Shown here in pieces: positions 1-9,644 of a DNA stretch of 32,298 nt; within the stretch, counting starts at the first letter, position 1; each line of letters starts with the position of its first letter. The DNA lies in NCBI RefSeq assembly GCF_001194135.2, contig NC_068983.1, positions 39,914,563 to 39,946,860 on the forward strand, given 5' to 3'. A program made the position numbers and the translations under genes. The stretch is from Octopus bimaculoides. Lineage: Eukaryota. The notes below the pieces were generated by a model. That model was given only the letters and a program-made list of their open reading frames with translations, made no database searches and had not been told where the DNA came from.

Positions 1-26
1 ATTTCTGTACATCACCTCCAAACCTT

Positions 27-29
<3 letters not shown>

Positions 30-125
<96 letters not shown>

Positions 126-290
126 ATATATATATATATATAGACGTATATACATATGCATATATGTATATACACATGCACATGTATACGTGTATATATA
201 AATACATATATATACTTATATGCACATATATACATGTATATGCGTATATTTATATGTACATAAATATGTATATATCTGTGCGTGTGTGTT

Positions 291-334
<44 letters not shown>
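30..334. repeat. Compound (TA)n/(TG)n microsatellite
   Basis: Direct reading: (TA)n 30-70, (TG)n 71-120, degenerate TA/TG mix to 334. Confidence 0.97.
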
Positions 335-336
<2 letters not shown>

Positions 337-337
337 A

Positions 338-706
338 GTGGAGGCGCAATGGCCCAGTCGTTAGGGCAGCGGAGTCGTGGTCGTAAGATCGCGGTTTCGA
401 TTCCCAGACCGGGCATTGTGAGTGTTTATTGAGCGAAAACACCCAAAGCTCCACGAGGCTCCGGCAGGGGATGGTGGTGAACCCTTCTGTACTCTTTCAC
501 TACAAATTTCTCTCACTCTTTCTTCCTGTTTCTGTTGTACCTGTATTTCAAAGGGCCAGCCTTGTCACACTCAATGTCACGTTGAATCTTCCCCGAGAAT
601 TACGTAAGGGGCACACGTGACTGTGGAGTGCTCAGCCACTTACACGTTGATTTCACGAGCAGGCTGTTCCGTTGACTGGAACCCTCGTCGTAACCGACGG
701 AGTGCC
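338..706 (+). mobile_element. tRNA-derived SINE, family C head/core with shared tail type T1
   Basis: Pol III box A-like TGGCCCAGTCG 350-360 and box B-like GGTTTCGATTCC 393-404. Head and core (to ~535) are closely similar to 16150-16347. The tail (AAAGGGCCAGC...GTCGTAACCGACGGAGTGCC) recurs inverted at 30213-30426 and 11851-11960. Confidence 0.88.
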
Positions 707-844
707 GTAGTATACATACACACAGAGAGGTGCACATACACACACGCACACAGAGACACATACATTTGCTGTCACCGACCAGAGCAATAAAAGTAATAGC
801 AACGGTGATTGTGGAAAGGGTGGAGAAAATATCGTGTAGTCTTT

Positions 845-902
845 TCTTTACGTTCCGAGTTCAAATCCTATCGGTGTCTACTTATATACCGTTTCATACG
901 AA
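845..902 (+). mobile_element. Degenerate fragment of family B SINE (box B region)
   Basis: CTTTACGTTCCGAGTTCAAATCC...CCGTTTCATAC matches CTTTACGTTCTGAGTTCAAATTCC...CCTTTCATCC of the family B copies. Confidence 0.5.
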
Positions 903-983
903 CGTTTGTGGGTCCATAGAATCCTTGGTGAAATACCGGGAGGAGTTTAGAATCAGTTTCCTGGTCATATGTTCAAAACTGCC

Positions 984-1745
984 TCCTCCTCCTCTCCCTC
1001 TCGTCCCTCTCCACTCTCTCTTCCTTCCCCTCTTCTTCCTCCTCCTTCCGCCCTCTCCTCTTCCTTCCACTTTCCTCCTCATACCCTCTTCCTCCTTCCT
1101 CCCTCTCTTCGCCCTCTTTCTTCCATCTCCTCTTCCTTCCTTATTTCCTCTCCTCCTCCTTCCTTCCTTCCTTCCTTCCTTCCTTCCTTCCTTCCTTCCT
1201 TCTCTTCCCCACTTCCTTCCTTCCTTCCTTCCGTCCTTCCTTCCTTCCTTCCTTCCTTCCTTCTCTTCCCCACTTCCTTCCTTCCTNNNNNNNNNNNNNN
1301 NNNNNNNNNNNNNNNNNNNNNNNNNNNNNNNNNNNNNNNNNNNNNNNNNNNNNNNNNNNTCCTTCCTTCCTTCCTTCCTTCCTGTCCTCCTTCCTCATTC
1401 TCTTTCTAACTCTCTCTCCTGCTCAATCTCCCGTTCCCTCTCTTCCTCTCCTTCTCTTTCCTCTCCTTCTCTTTCCTCTCCTCTTTCCTCTCCTTCTCTT
1501 TCCTCTCCTTCTCTTTCCTCTCCTCCTTTACCTCCTCCACCCACTCCTCCTCTCTCCTCCGTGTACGCCTTCCCCTTCGCTCCTGCCCTTTCCTCCTCTT
1601 CTTCTACCCTCCCACTTCGCTCCCTCCGTCTTTCTCCCCCTCTCCCCTTCTCCCCTTTCCTCCTCTCTCTCCCTTTCACTCCACCTGCTCCCTCTTCCTA
1701 TTCATGCCCCTCTCTCTCTCCCACTTCTGCTTCCTCTTCCTTGTG
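984..1745. repeat. ~760 bp polypyrimidine tract: (CCTT)n and (CT)-rich, with N-gap 1287-1359
   Basis: Almost pure C/T on the + strand. Internal repeats TCTCTTCCCCACTTCCTTCC (1201, 1262) and TCTTTCCTCTCCT units at ~1446-1525. Confidence 0.95.
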
Positions 1746-2184
1746 TCGTCAATGTCAATGAACGACTCTTAGTTACTTCCCGAATAGAATCTCTCTGTTA
1801 TCTTCTCCTTTTGAAGCAGTACTCAATAACTGGTGCAATGGCTCATCGCATATCCACTGTTTCTCTTCAGGAGCTTAAAAACGTGGCGGTCTTCCTCTCT
1901 AACAAGAAATGCGCGTAAATCTAGGATGATTGCAGTTTAGTTATACGTCATAGGTATCGATTTTGCCTTTAACGGAAGCTGCAGCAATATGGCGCTCAAA
2001 CAATATCTCCGAGTCTCCGACTCTTATGTCGTTACTCTGTAATATGTAAATAAGCCGTCGGGAGCCATTGTTGATGTCGGTCACTTCATATTCCATACTT
2101 TTAAGTCTGCGGGTACAATATAAAGAAGTTTACACAGTTTAGTTAGATTGTTCGTCCATTGCTCGACTTCAAATAAAGAACATT

Positions 2185-2620
2185 GCCGCCGCCATCACCG
2201 CGACCGCGATTACCATGAACAAGAAAATCAGATCCCTCTTCCCCTTCTCCCAACATCACCGCTATCACCGTCAACACCATCAACATCAACATCACCACTA
2301 TCAACACCAAAACCATCCTCCTCATCATCGTGATCATCATCATCTTTGTCACCATCGTCATCATAGTCATCATCATCATCGTCATCACCATCATCGTCAT
2401 CATCATCATCGTCGTCATCATCATCATCATCATCATCATCATCACCACCACCACCATCATCATCAACTTCATCATCACCGCCACCACCATCACTGTCAAC
2501 ACCATCAACATCATCAACATCCCCACTATCACAATCATCATCATCACCTCCACCACCACCACCACCATCACCACTACCATCATCATCAGCAGCATCACCG
2601 TCATTATCATCATGATCGTG

Positions 2621-2658
<38 letters not shown>

Positions 2659-2810
2659 TGTCGTCTTCATTGTCGTCGTCGTCGTCGTCGTCGCCATCAT
2701 CATCCTCATCATCATCATCATCATCATCATCATCAACATCATCATCATCATTATCATTATCAGCAGCAGCAGCTGCAGCTCGCTTTCATCATTGTCATGA
2801 CTATGACATC
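2185..2810. repeat. Degenerate trinucleotide array (CAT)n/(CAC)n/(GTC)n/(CAG)n
   Basis: Direct reading. It gives rise to the poly-H, poly-I, poly-S and poly-M pseudo-ORFs. Confidence 0.95.
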
Positions 2811-2849
2811 ATTAGCGAAGAGTCACCGATGGCCAAATCGATAAGGTGA

Positions 2850-3125
2850 TATTGATCAGATCTCTGTGTTGGTGATCGATATAATTAAGTTCAAAGTAGC
2901 TTCTATGAGCTCATTCATCCTACTGAAAATAGCGGCCGAATTCCGCTTCGATCACACATTACTGACGTAAAAGACGATGGTCACGTATACTACATCAAAT
3001 AATGTAGTACTCAATACCATGACATCTCAAGATACAATAAACCTGAGATGACCATGCCGGGAACGCTTGTGATAACAGATCTGCGCCAACTGGAGCAACC
3101 TAGTGCTAAACAAGAGAAACAGCAT
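2850..3125 (+). mobile_element. Dispersed repeat family E (probable SINE 3' body), old copy
   Basis: CCTACTGAAAATAGCGGCCGAAT...GCCGGGAACGCTTGTGATAACAGATCTGC...GCTAAACAAG is paralleled at 16730-16980, 18115-18190 and 24990-25175. Confidence 0.6.
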
Positions 3126-3189
3126 CTGCTCTCATCACATCCAGTTTCTATAATATTTGATGTCGCTTATGAGTCTCACAACACGTTTA

Positions 3190-4355
3190 TTTCTAAGTTC
3201 TCCACCGAAAACTTTCTCTTTGGGTTGTCTATATAATACAAGTTATACAAGCTTTCTCTCTCTCTCTCTCTCTCTCTCCCCTCCCCCCTCTCTCTCTCTC
3301 TCGTTATGCTTCTACGAGTGAATGATATCATCAACCGGAAGTTAGCGTAAAATTTGTGAATTGTATATGATTCTCACTGCTTATAACAATGCCAAGGAGT
3401 AACATAGCATACTTAATTCTAAGACTTCAACCGAAAACTTTGTCTTTGAGTAGTGTATCAAATACACGTCTCTACAAGTAAATGATATCCCCTAGCGGAA
3501 GTCGATTAAATACCTGTTTATTGTATACTAACTGGTGTACCTGGTAATTCCCGGGGGTAAAGATGTTCTCAGTAGCTATTTAAACACCTTATTACTCTGA
3601 TATAATAAAGCAATTTCGTTATAACTGCCACAAAAGGCGTCTTTTCCGTCGCGAAAAAGTTTAAAAAACTGTCAGCTGAAGGAGGGAGAGATTGTCGGAA
3701 ATTTGAAGTGAATTGGATGTTAAAATACAAAAGTTATTGAGTGAATAAAAAGTCGCAATCAAATTGAAAACAACGTTTTTATGTGGCTTTTTGTCCTCAC
3801 CTTACAGCCTAAGTAAAATATTTTTCCTTGATAATCATCCTCGTAACATTTTCCACCTGTATCTCAAATTTGAAGCGAATCGGTTGAGAAATGCAGAAGT
3901 TATTACAAAGAAACTTCTTCCTTGTGGAAATTCCCATTCAAAACTCCTATTGATTTTTTTTCAATTGGCCGCTGATTTGTAATTATCGATTTCTTTTCAA
4001 CAATCTGAGTATGCCATGAGGTTTCCAGACATGAGTTCTACTCACGTGTCAAATTTCATCAAAATCGATTAAACGATGTAGGAGGAGTTAGCTAACAACT
4101 CCGCAAACAAACACACCCACAGACAGAATTTCCCACATTGACGATTTTCCTAACATATTCAAATCTTAACCGAAAACCTGGTCTTCGAGTAGAATATCTA
4201 ATACAAGCTATAACAGCAGTTTCTTTCTCTTTATAAGTAAATTATACATCCTGCCGGAAATTAATTAAAGTAATTAAATATTTTTTTAGTTGTTTATGAT
4301 TGTCATTGCTTATAACGGAGAACTATACAAATACGTGATACATACATTCGTACAA
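3190..4355 (+). repeat. Three diverged copies of a ~200-230 bp repeat unit (starts ~3193, ~3418, ~4159), the second interrupted by a Helitron
   Basis: Recurrent blocks ACCGAAAAC(T/C)T(T/G)(G/C)TCTT(T/C)G(A/G)GT, AGT(A/G)AATGATAT...CGGAA and GATT(C/G)TCA(C/T)TGCTTATAAC. Confidence 0.7.
3528..4141 (-). mobile_element. Non-autonomous Helitron with both termini (~610 bp)
   Basis: Minus strand begins TCAATGTGGGAAATTCTGTCTGT (5' TC then GTCT-type microsatellite) and carries the core AATCGATTTTGATGAAATTTGACAC. It ends CCCGGGAATTACCAGGTACACCAGTTAG|T, a GC hairpin (arms 3540-3544 and 3551-3555) 12 nt before TTAG, one transition from CTAG. No TSD seen. The 5' end could alternatively be 4144. Confidence 0.7.
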
Positions 4356-4585
4356 TTAGCTTAGGCTGTTTGAGTTCTAAACTCCATGTCCATAGGGGTG
4401 ATGCTGGGATGATGACGGCAATCGAACCGATTATTGTTCAACAGAATAGTTGATAGCTGTATCTCCGGGCCATATTCACCGTTTTATTATCTATGCATAA
4501 CATCTAAAAATAGAATTCCAATAGAAGAAATTTACTGCACCAGACGAGAGATATAATGCTATTATAAAACCGCAGAGATTGTAAG

Positions 4586-4604
4586 CTAATAATAATAATA
4601 ATAA

Positions 4605-4651
<47 letters not shown>

Positions 4652-4669
4652 ATGGTAATAATAATAATA
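4586..4669. repeat. (AAT)n(TAG)n(AAT)n microsatellite
   Basis: Direct reading. Confidence 0.95.
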
Positions 4670-5235
4670 AAACCAATCTGCTTTCTCTCAGACAAAAGTT
4701 TCTATTTGAAATAATGGCGTACTATTTTTACAAATGACTTTTTATCGTGCTATGTTATTAAGATGATTTCCTAAACTCTATTTTATAGGAAATAGTAACA
4801 TTCGTCTATTCGATAGAAGATGTTACGGTGGTGAAGTTGTACTTTAGCGGTGAATTACATTCGGTGAACTGGTTTAAATTATAAACACTTAAAAAGTTGA
4901 ATCAGTTGGTTTGCCGTGAGGAACAGGTGGGGGTGGGGTGGGGGAAAAAGACCAAACGTTTCGGGCGTTCGATCTCGTCACAGAGTGATGTTATTTAAAT
5001 TCTAAATCAGGCTTGATTTAGCGGACAGATAATACTATGAACAAAGACATTCCAACCGTGATCATCCCAAGATTTTGTATAGCTAGATCTCCATTGTCCA
5101 ATGTATTTTTTTCTTTTTTTAATACCGAAGAATATGATTGTGGTTTGAAGAAATTTGATAGTTATTTCTAATAAGCTGAGCGACCACATGAAGGGTTATT
5201 CATCTTCGAAGGATGGCACTGCATAGATATAATAC

Positions 5236-5396
5236 AGGCGCAAGAGTGGCTGTGGTAAATAGCTTGCTTATCAATCACATGGTTCTGGGTTCAGTCCCAC
5301 TGCGCGTTACCTTTGGCAAGTGTCTTCTACTCTACCCTCAGGCCGACCAAAGCCTTGTGAGTGGATTTGGTAGACGGAAACTGAAAGAAACCCGCC

Positions 5397-5446
<50 letters not shown>

Positions 5447-5666
5447 ATATATATATGTATATGTGTGTGTGTGTGTGTGTGTTTGTATGCATGTATGCAT
5501 GTATGTATGTATGTATGTATGTATGAATGTGTATGTGTGTCTGTGTTTGTCCCCCCACCCCACTGTCGCTTGACAGCCGATTATGGCGTGTCTATCTATC
5601 AAATATATATATATCTATATTAAATATATATATATATATATAAAATATGTATATATATATGTATGC

Positions 5667-5727
<61 letters not shown>

Positions 5728-5926
5728 GTGTGTCTTTGTGTTTGTGTTTGTCTCCACACCATCGCTTGACAACCGGTGGTGGTGTATTTATGTTCCTGTA
5801 GCTTAGTGGTTAATTAGAATAAATACTAGGCTTACAAAGAACAAATCTTGGTGGGGGGGGTCGATCACTTCGAATGAGACCCTGTAAGACGGTGCTCCAG
5901 TGTGGCTACAATCAAATGATTGAAAG
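5236..5926 (+). mobile_element. Family A SINE (CORE-like, OR1/OR2-type), near full length, with expanded internal microsatellite and duplicated internal module
   Basis: Head GAGTGGCTGTGGTAAATAGC...GGGTTCAGTCCC. CORE-like ACCTTTGGCAAGTGTCTTCTAC. Microsatellite 5398-5725. The module TTTGTC(C/T)CC..CGCTTGACA(G/A)CCG occurs twice (~5545 and ~5745). Tail GGTGCTCCAG..CAATCAAATGATTGAAA. The family name is recalled, not searched. Confidence 0.85.
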
Positions 5927-6390
5927 TTCCAGTTTATTGATTCAGTGTCATCTTGGAAAATGTAATTGACCGTTGACAAAAAACAGTATAAACATTAAAA
6001 ACAACTAAAAGTATGTTCAATATATGGAATCTCTATGCGCTGTTACTGGGTAAGTTTTATATTTTCAGCCAAGGAAAATAATTACCAAGGAAAATAATCA
6101 CTTTAGCATTCAAGAAACATAGTCTGAGTGAACGAAAACCAAGAATAATTATTGAAAGCTAAAGCAAGGATAGACGTGTATCACACACACACACACACAC
6201 AAAAGTGTTTGGTCTGGTATATAAGAATTTAAGAAAAAAGATCAAGAAAGAGTTTGTTTTACTTCGGCTCGAGTCAAATAAAGCAAACTACCCCACCTCT
6301 TTATTAGAGCATCCGTGTGATATTCTGAAATGATTTAACTGAGGAAGATCTTACGTAATGGATACGTTTCCTGTTATATATTATGCAAAC

Positions 6391-6538
6391 CTGAAACTGG
6401 TACTTATTTTATCGACACCGAAAAGATTAAAGGCAAGATCGACCTCGACAGAATTTGAACTCAGAACGTAAAGTCGGACAAAATACCTCTAAGCATCTCA
6501 TCCGGCTCTGTAACGATTCTGCCAGCTCGCTACCTTAA
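6391..6538 (-). mobile_element. Family B SINE (Nin/Deu-like domain), copy 1 of tandem trimer
   Basis: Minus strand: box A-like GAGCTGGCAGAATCGTTA, box B-like GAGTTCAAATTC, then GCCTTTAATCTTTTCGGTGTCGATAAAATAAGTACCAG. The tail is missing. Confidence 0.85.
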
Positions 6539-6540
6539 CA

Positions 6541-6768
6541 ATTGTAATTGTTCTTTCAACAATAAGCACAAGGCCTGAAATTTGGAACGAGTGTGCCAGT
6601 CGATTACATCGACCCCAGTATTCAGCTAATGCCCATTTGATGGACTCCGATAGGATAAAAGACAAAGTTGATATCGGCAGAATTTGAACTCGCAACATAC
6701 AGACGGACAAAATGCCGGTAACATTTTTGTACGATGTGTTATCGTTTCTGCCAGCTCGCTGCCTTAGC
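6541..6768 (-). mobile_element. Family B SINE, copy 2 of tandem trimer
   Basis: Same head and core, plus tail CCAAATTTCAGGCCTTGTGCTT and an A/ATT-rich end. Confidence 0.85.
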
Positions 6769-6997
6769 AACAATAATATTCTTTTCTGCTCTACGCACAA
6801 CGCCCGAAATTTTCGGGGAGGGGTCCAGCCGGTTAGATCGACCCCAGTACGCAGCTGGTACTTAATTTATCGATCCCGAAAAAACGCAAGGCAAAGTCGA
6901 CCTCGGCGGAATTTGAACTCAGAACGTAAAGACAGACGAAATACCGCTAAGCATTTCGCCCGGCGTGCTGACGTTTCTGCCAGCTCGCTGCCTTAGC
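6769..6997 (-). mobile_element. Family B SINE, copy 3 of tandem trimer (least decayed)
   Basis: Minus strand GCTAAGGCAGCGAGCTGGCAGAAACGTCAGC...GAGTTCAAATTCCGCCGAGGTCGACTTTGCCTT...GGGATCGATAAATTAAGTACCAG. Confidence 0.9.
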
Positions 6998-7269
6998 AAT
7001 AATAATATTAATAAAACAATAAAACTGATTGCAGTAATATAAGCCTATAAAACATGAGAGAAGGTACTTTAATAGATAAGATTGGGGGCATGTATATATA
7101 AGTTGTTGCTTTTTTTTTTCAAACTTGTTCCTTGTTCGTTGGTATTTTTTAAATATTTTTTGTTTTTTATTTTTTTATTCTTTCTTTGTTTTGTTTTGTT
7201 TGAGAGCCTCTAGAATTAAAGGAGGAATCTTTATGGCACTGAAATGTCGTAATGTTATCAAAGGAAATA

Positions 7270-7557
7270 TCATCAACAACAACAAGAGAGTCAAAGACAA
7301 AAAAACATAAACAAAAAACAAAAACAAAACAACAAACAACAGCAGCAGCAGCAGCAGCAGAAGAAGAAGGGGCAACGTCAAGAACAATAAATGCATGAAT
7401 AACAAAACAAGCAAAAAAAAAAAACCAAAAGAAAAAACAAAAAACAAAAAAAACAAAAAAAAAACAAAATGGCAAACTAAACACAATAACAACAATAAAC
7501 TACAACAATCAACAACGATAATAATGCAAGTAATAATGATTTCTTTTATAAATAGTG

Positions 7558-7641
<84 letters not shown>

Positions 7642-7860
7642 CAACAATAATAATAATAGTAGTCATAATAAAAATGATGATGATGATGATCGCAGCTATA
7701 ATAACCATAAAGAATAAATGGAATAAAAAAGGCCAAACGACAACAGGAAAAACAACGAAAATGGTAAGAAACAAAAATACACCCTCAAAAGTAATAAATA
7801 TAAAAAGAAAAAAATATGAACAATAATATAAACAGAAACAACAAAGAATATAAATCATTC
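7270..7860. repeat. A-rich low-complexity tract with (CAG)n, (GAA)n, (AAT)n and (GAT)n
   Basis: Direct reading. (AAT)n core ~7557-7637. Confidence 0.93.
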
Positions 7861-7881
7861 CGCACTTTTTCGCTTGTTGCT

Positions 7882-7922
<41 letters not shown>

Positions 7923-8009
7923 AGATTTACATAAACGAGCTCTATAGGTTTCTGTGTGTGCACATAAGGGGAACTGTAATTGTATAATTGTGTGAATGTG
8001 TCTCCCTTT

Positions 8010-8118
8010 GTGTCTATGTAATCGTGTATTTATGTATGGATTGCTGCCTTTGGCATAAGAACTCATGTACATATATACACACATACGTATATCGTATAAT
8101 CGTATATCTATATGTGTG

Positions 8119-8171
<53 letters not shown>

Positions 8172-8196
8172 ATTTATACATATACGCATATAAATG

Positions 8197-8254
<58 letters not shown>

Positions 8255-8700
8255 NNNNNNNNNNNNNNNNNNNNNNNNNNNNNNNNNNNNNNNNNNNNNN
8301 NNNNNNNNNNNNNNNNNNNNNNNNNNNNNNNNNNNNNNNNNNNNNNNNNNNNNNNNNNNNNNNNNNNNNNNNNNNNNNNNNNNNNNNNNNNNNNNNNNNN
8401 NNNNNNNNNNNNNNNNNNNNNNNNNNNNNNNNNNNNNNNNNNNNNNNNNNNNNNNNNNNNNNNNNNNNNNNNNNNNNNNNNNNNNNNNNNNNNNNNNNNN
8501 NNNNNNNNNNNNNNNNNNNNNNNNNNNNNNNNNNNNNNNNNNNNNNNNNNNNNNNNNNNNNNNNNNNNNNGTGTCTATGTAATCGTGTATTTATGTATGG
8601 ATTGCTGCCTTTGGCATAAGAACTCATGTACATATATACACACATACGTATATCGTATAATCGTATATCTATATGTGTGTATATATATATATATATATGT
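8010..8700. repeat. Exact 130-bp direct duplication (8010-8139 = 8571-8700) spanning microsatellites and N-gap 8255-8570
   Basis: Base-for-base identity at offset 561. Confidence 0.9.
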
Positions 8701-9451
8701 TCTTATATGCGCACTAATAATGTATGTACATGTTACATATGCGTGATTTTATGTGTAAGACAATCAATGCAAGACTAACTGTACGGTACCAGCAACAATT
8801 TTGATTTTATCAACATTACAGAACGTCTGATTGTATGCTATATTACTGGATTATGCTAATAGATCTTGGAAATTGCACAAGATTCTAGCGATAAAAGCCA
8901 ATAACAAACTTTCTGTTATAGCAAATTCATTCCATTCATATTTAGCATTTTCCTGAATATCTGATGTGTCGTGAGCATTTACAACGAAGTACTTAGTTGC
9001 GCGCGCATGTCTTATGTTAATTAAGAATTTGTGTGTGCGTGTGCGTATCCGTGCGTGCTTGCGTACGTGTGTGTTTGTGTGTGCGTTTTTGTTTTTTGCA
9101 TGTGCTGTGTTTTCGATGCTTGGTGTTGTGTGTTTTGTGAATAGCGCTCTGTTTCGGTCTATTTATATTTCTCTCTCTGTGCCTTACTCACTTACACACA
9201 CACACACACACACACACACANNNNNNNNNNNNNNNNNNNNNNNNNNNNNNNNNNNNNNNNNNNNNNNNNNNNNNNNNNNNNNNNNNNNNNNNNNNNNNNN
9301 NNNNNNNNNNNNNNNNNNNNNNNNNGCTTGTGTATGTGAGTGTACGTTTAGCCTGCCGACATACGCAAGCGTGAGTGGTATAGTAACATGTACAATATTT
9401 TTTCAAATGGTTTTAGATGCCTATATTGTCAAGGGTAGATAGAGACACTGT

Positions 9452-9585
9452 TGTTTGGCCTAGTGGTTAGGGGCATTGAGTTCACAATCGTGAGGTTGTG
9501 AGTTCAATTCTTTAACTGGATTGTGAGTCGTGTTACTGAGAACGGTGCCTCATTTCCCGTTCCTCCAATCTGATCAACTGAAAGT
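9452..9585 (+). mobile_element. Family D SINE head fragment
   Basis: Box A TGGCCTAGTGG 9456-9466 and box B GAGTTCAATTC 9500-9510. Similar head at 30480-30550 (-). Confidence 0.65.
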
Positions 9586-9644
9586 TACCGATTTAGTACT
9601 GCTACATTCGTTCCTCCCTCCAGGTTTCTGAACTTCGAAATTTA

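Noticed and set aside
338-410. Possible tRNA genes (also 9452-9515, 16150-16222, 30480-30550)
   Set aside because: Box A/B are present, but there is no complete cloverleaf or T-run terminator, and each continues into a SINE body.
26-432. ORFs with YI/HT/CV dipeptide runs (also at 5300-5800, 7785-8750, 13805-14850, 20600-21700, 25700-27750, 28300-29300)
   Set aside because: Translations of (TA)n/(CA)n microsatellites and N-runs, with no coding signal.
730-1761. 343-aa Pro/Ser/Leu-rich ORF
   Set aside because: Product of the polypyrimidine tract, which cannot contain stop codons. It also spans an N-gap.
2143-2849. Poly-His / poly-Met / poly-Ile ORFs suggesting a metal-binding protein
   Set aside because: All frames of a degenerate (CAT)n array. 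No splice context or unique domain.
4926-4944. G-quadruplex candidate GGTGGGGGTGGGGTGGGGG
   Set aside because: Only three runs of 3 or more G. At best a two-tier G4 with no supporting context.
4950-4990. Second hammerhead-like motif on the minus strand (TGACGA...GAAACGTT); similar traces at 15440-15480, 18045-18075, 22900-22935 and 28010-28025
   Set aside because: Core bases are mutated or missing and stems I/II do not pair. At most decayed PLE-end remnants.
6391-6997. CRISPR-like or satellite array
   Set aside because: Units are diverged SINE copies with Pol III boxes. There is no repeat-spacer structure and the context is eukaryotic.
7175-7858. 227-aa hydrophobic ORF resembling a membrane protein
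   Set aside because: Reverse complement of an A-rich/(AAT)n tract. Compositional artefact.
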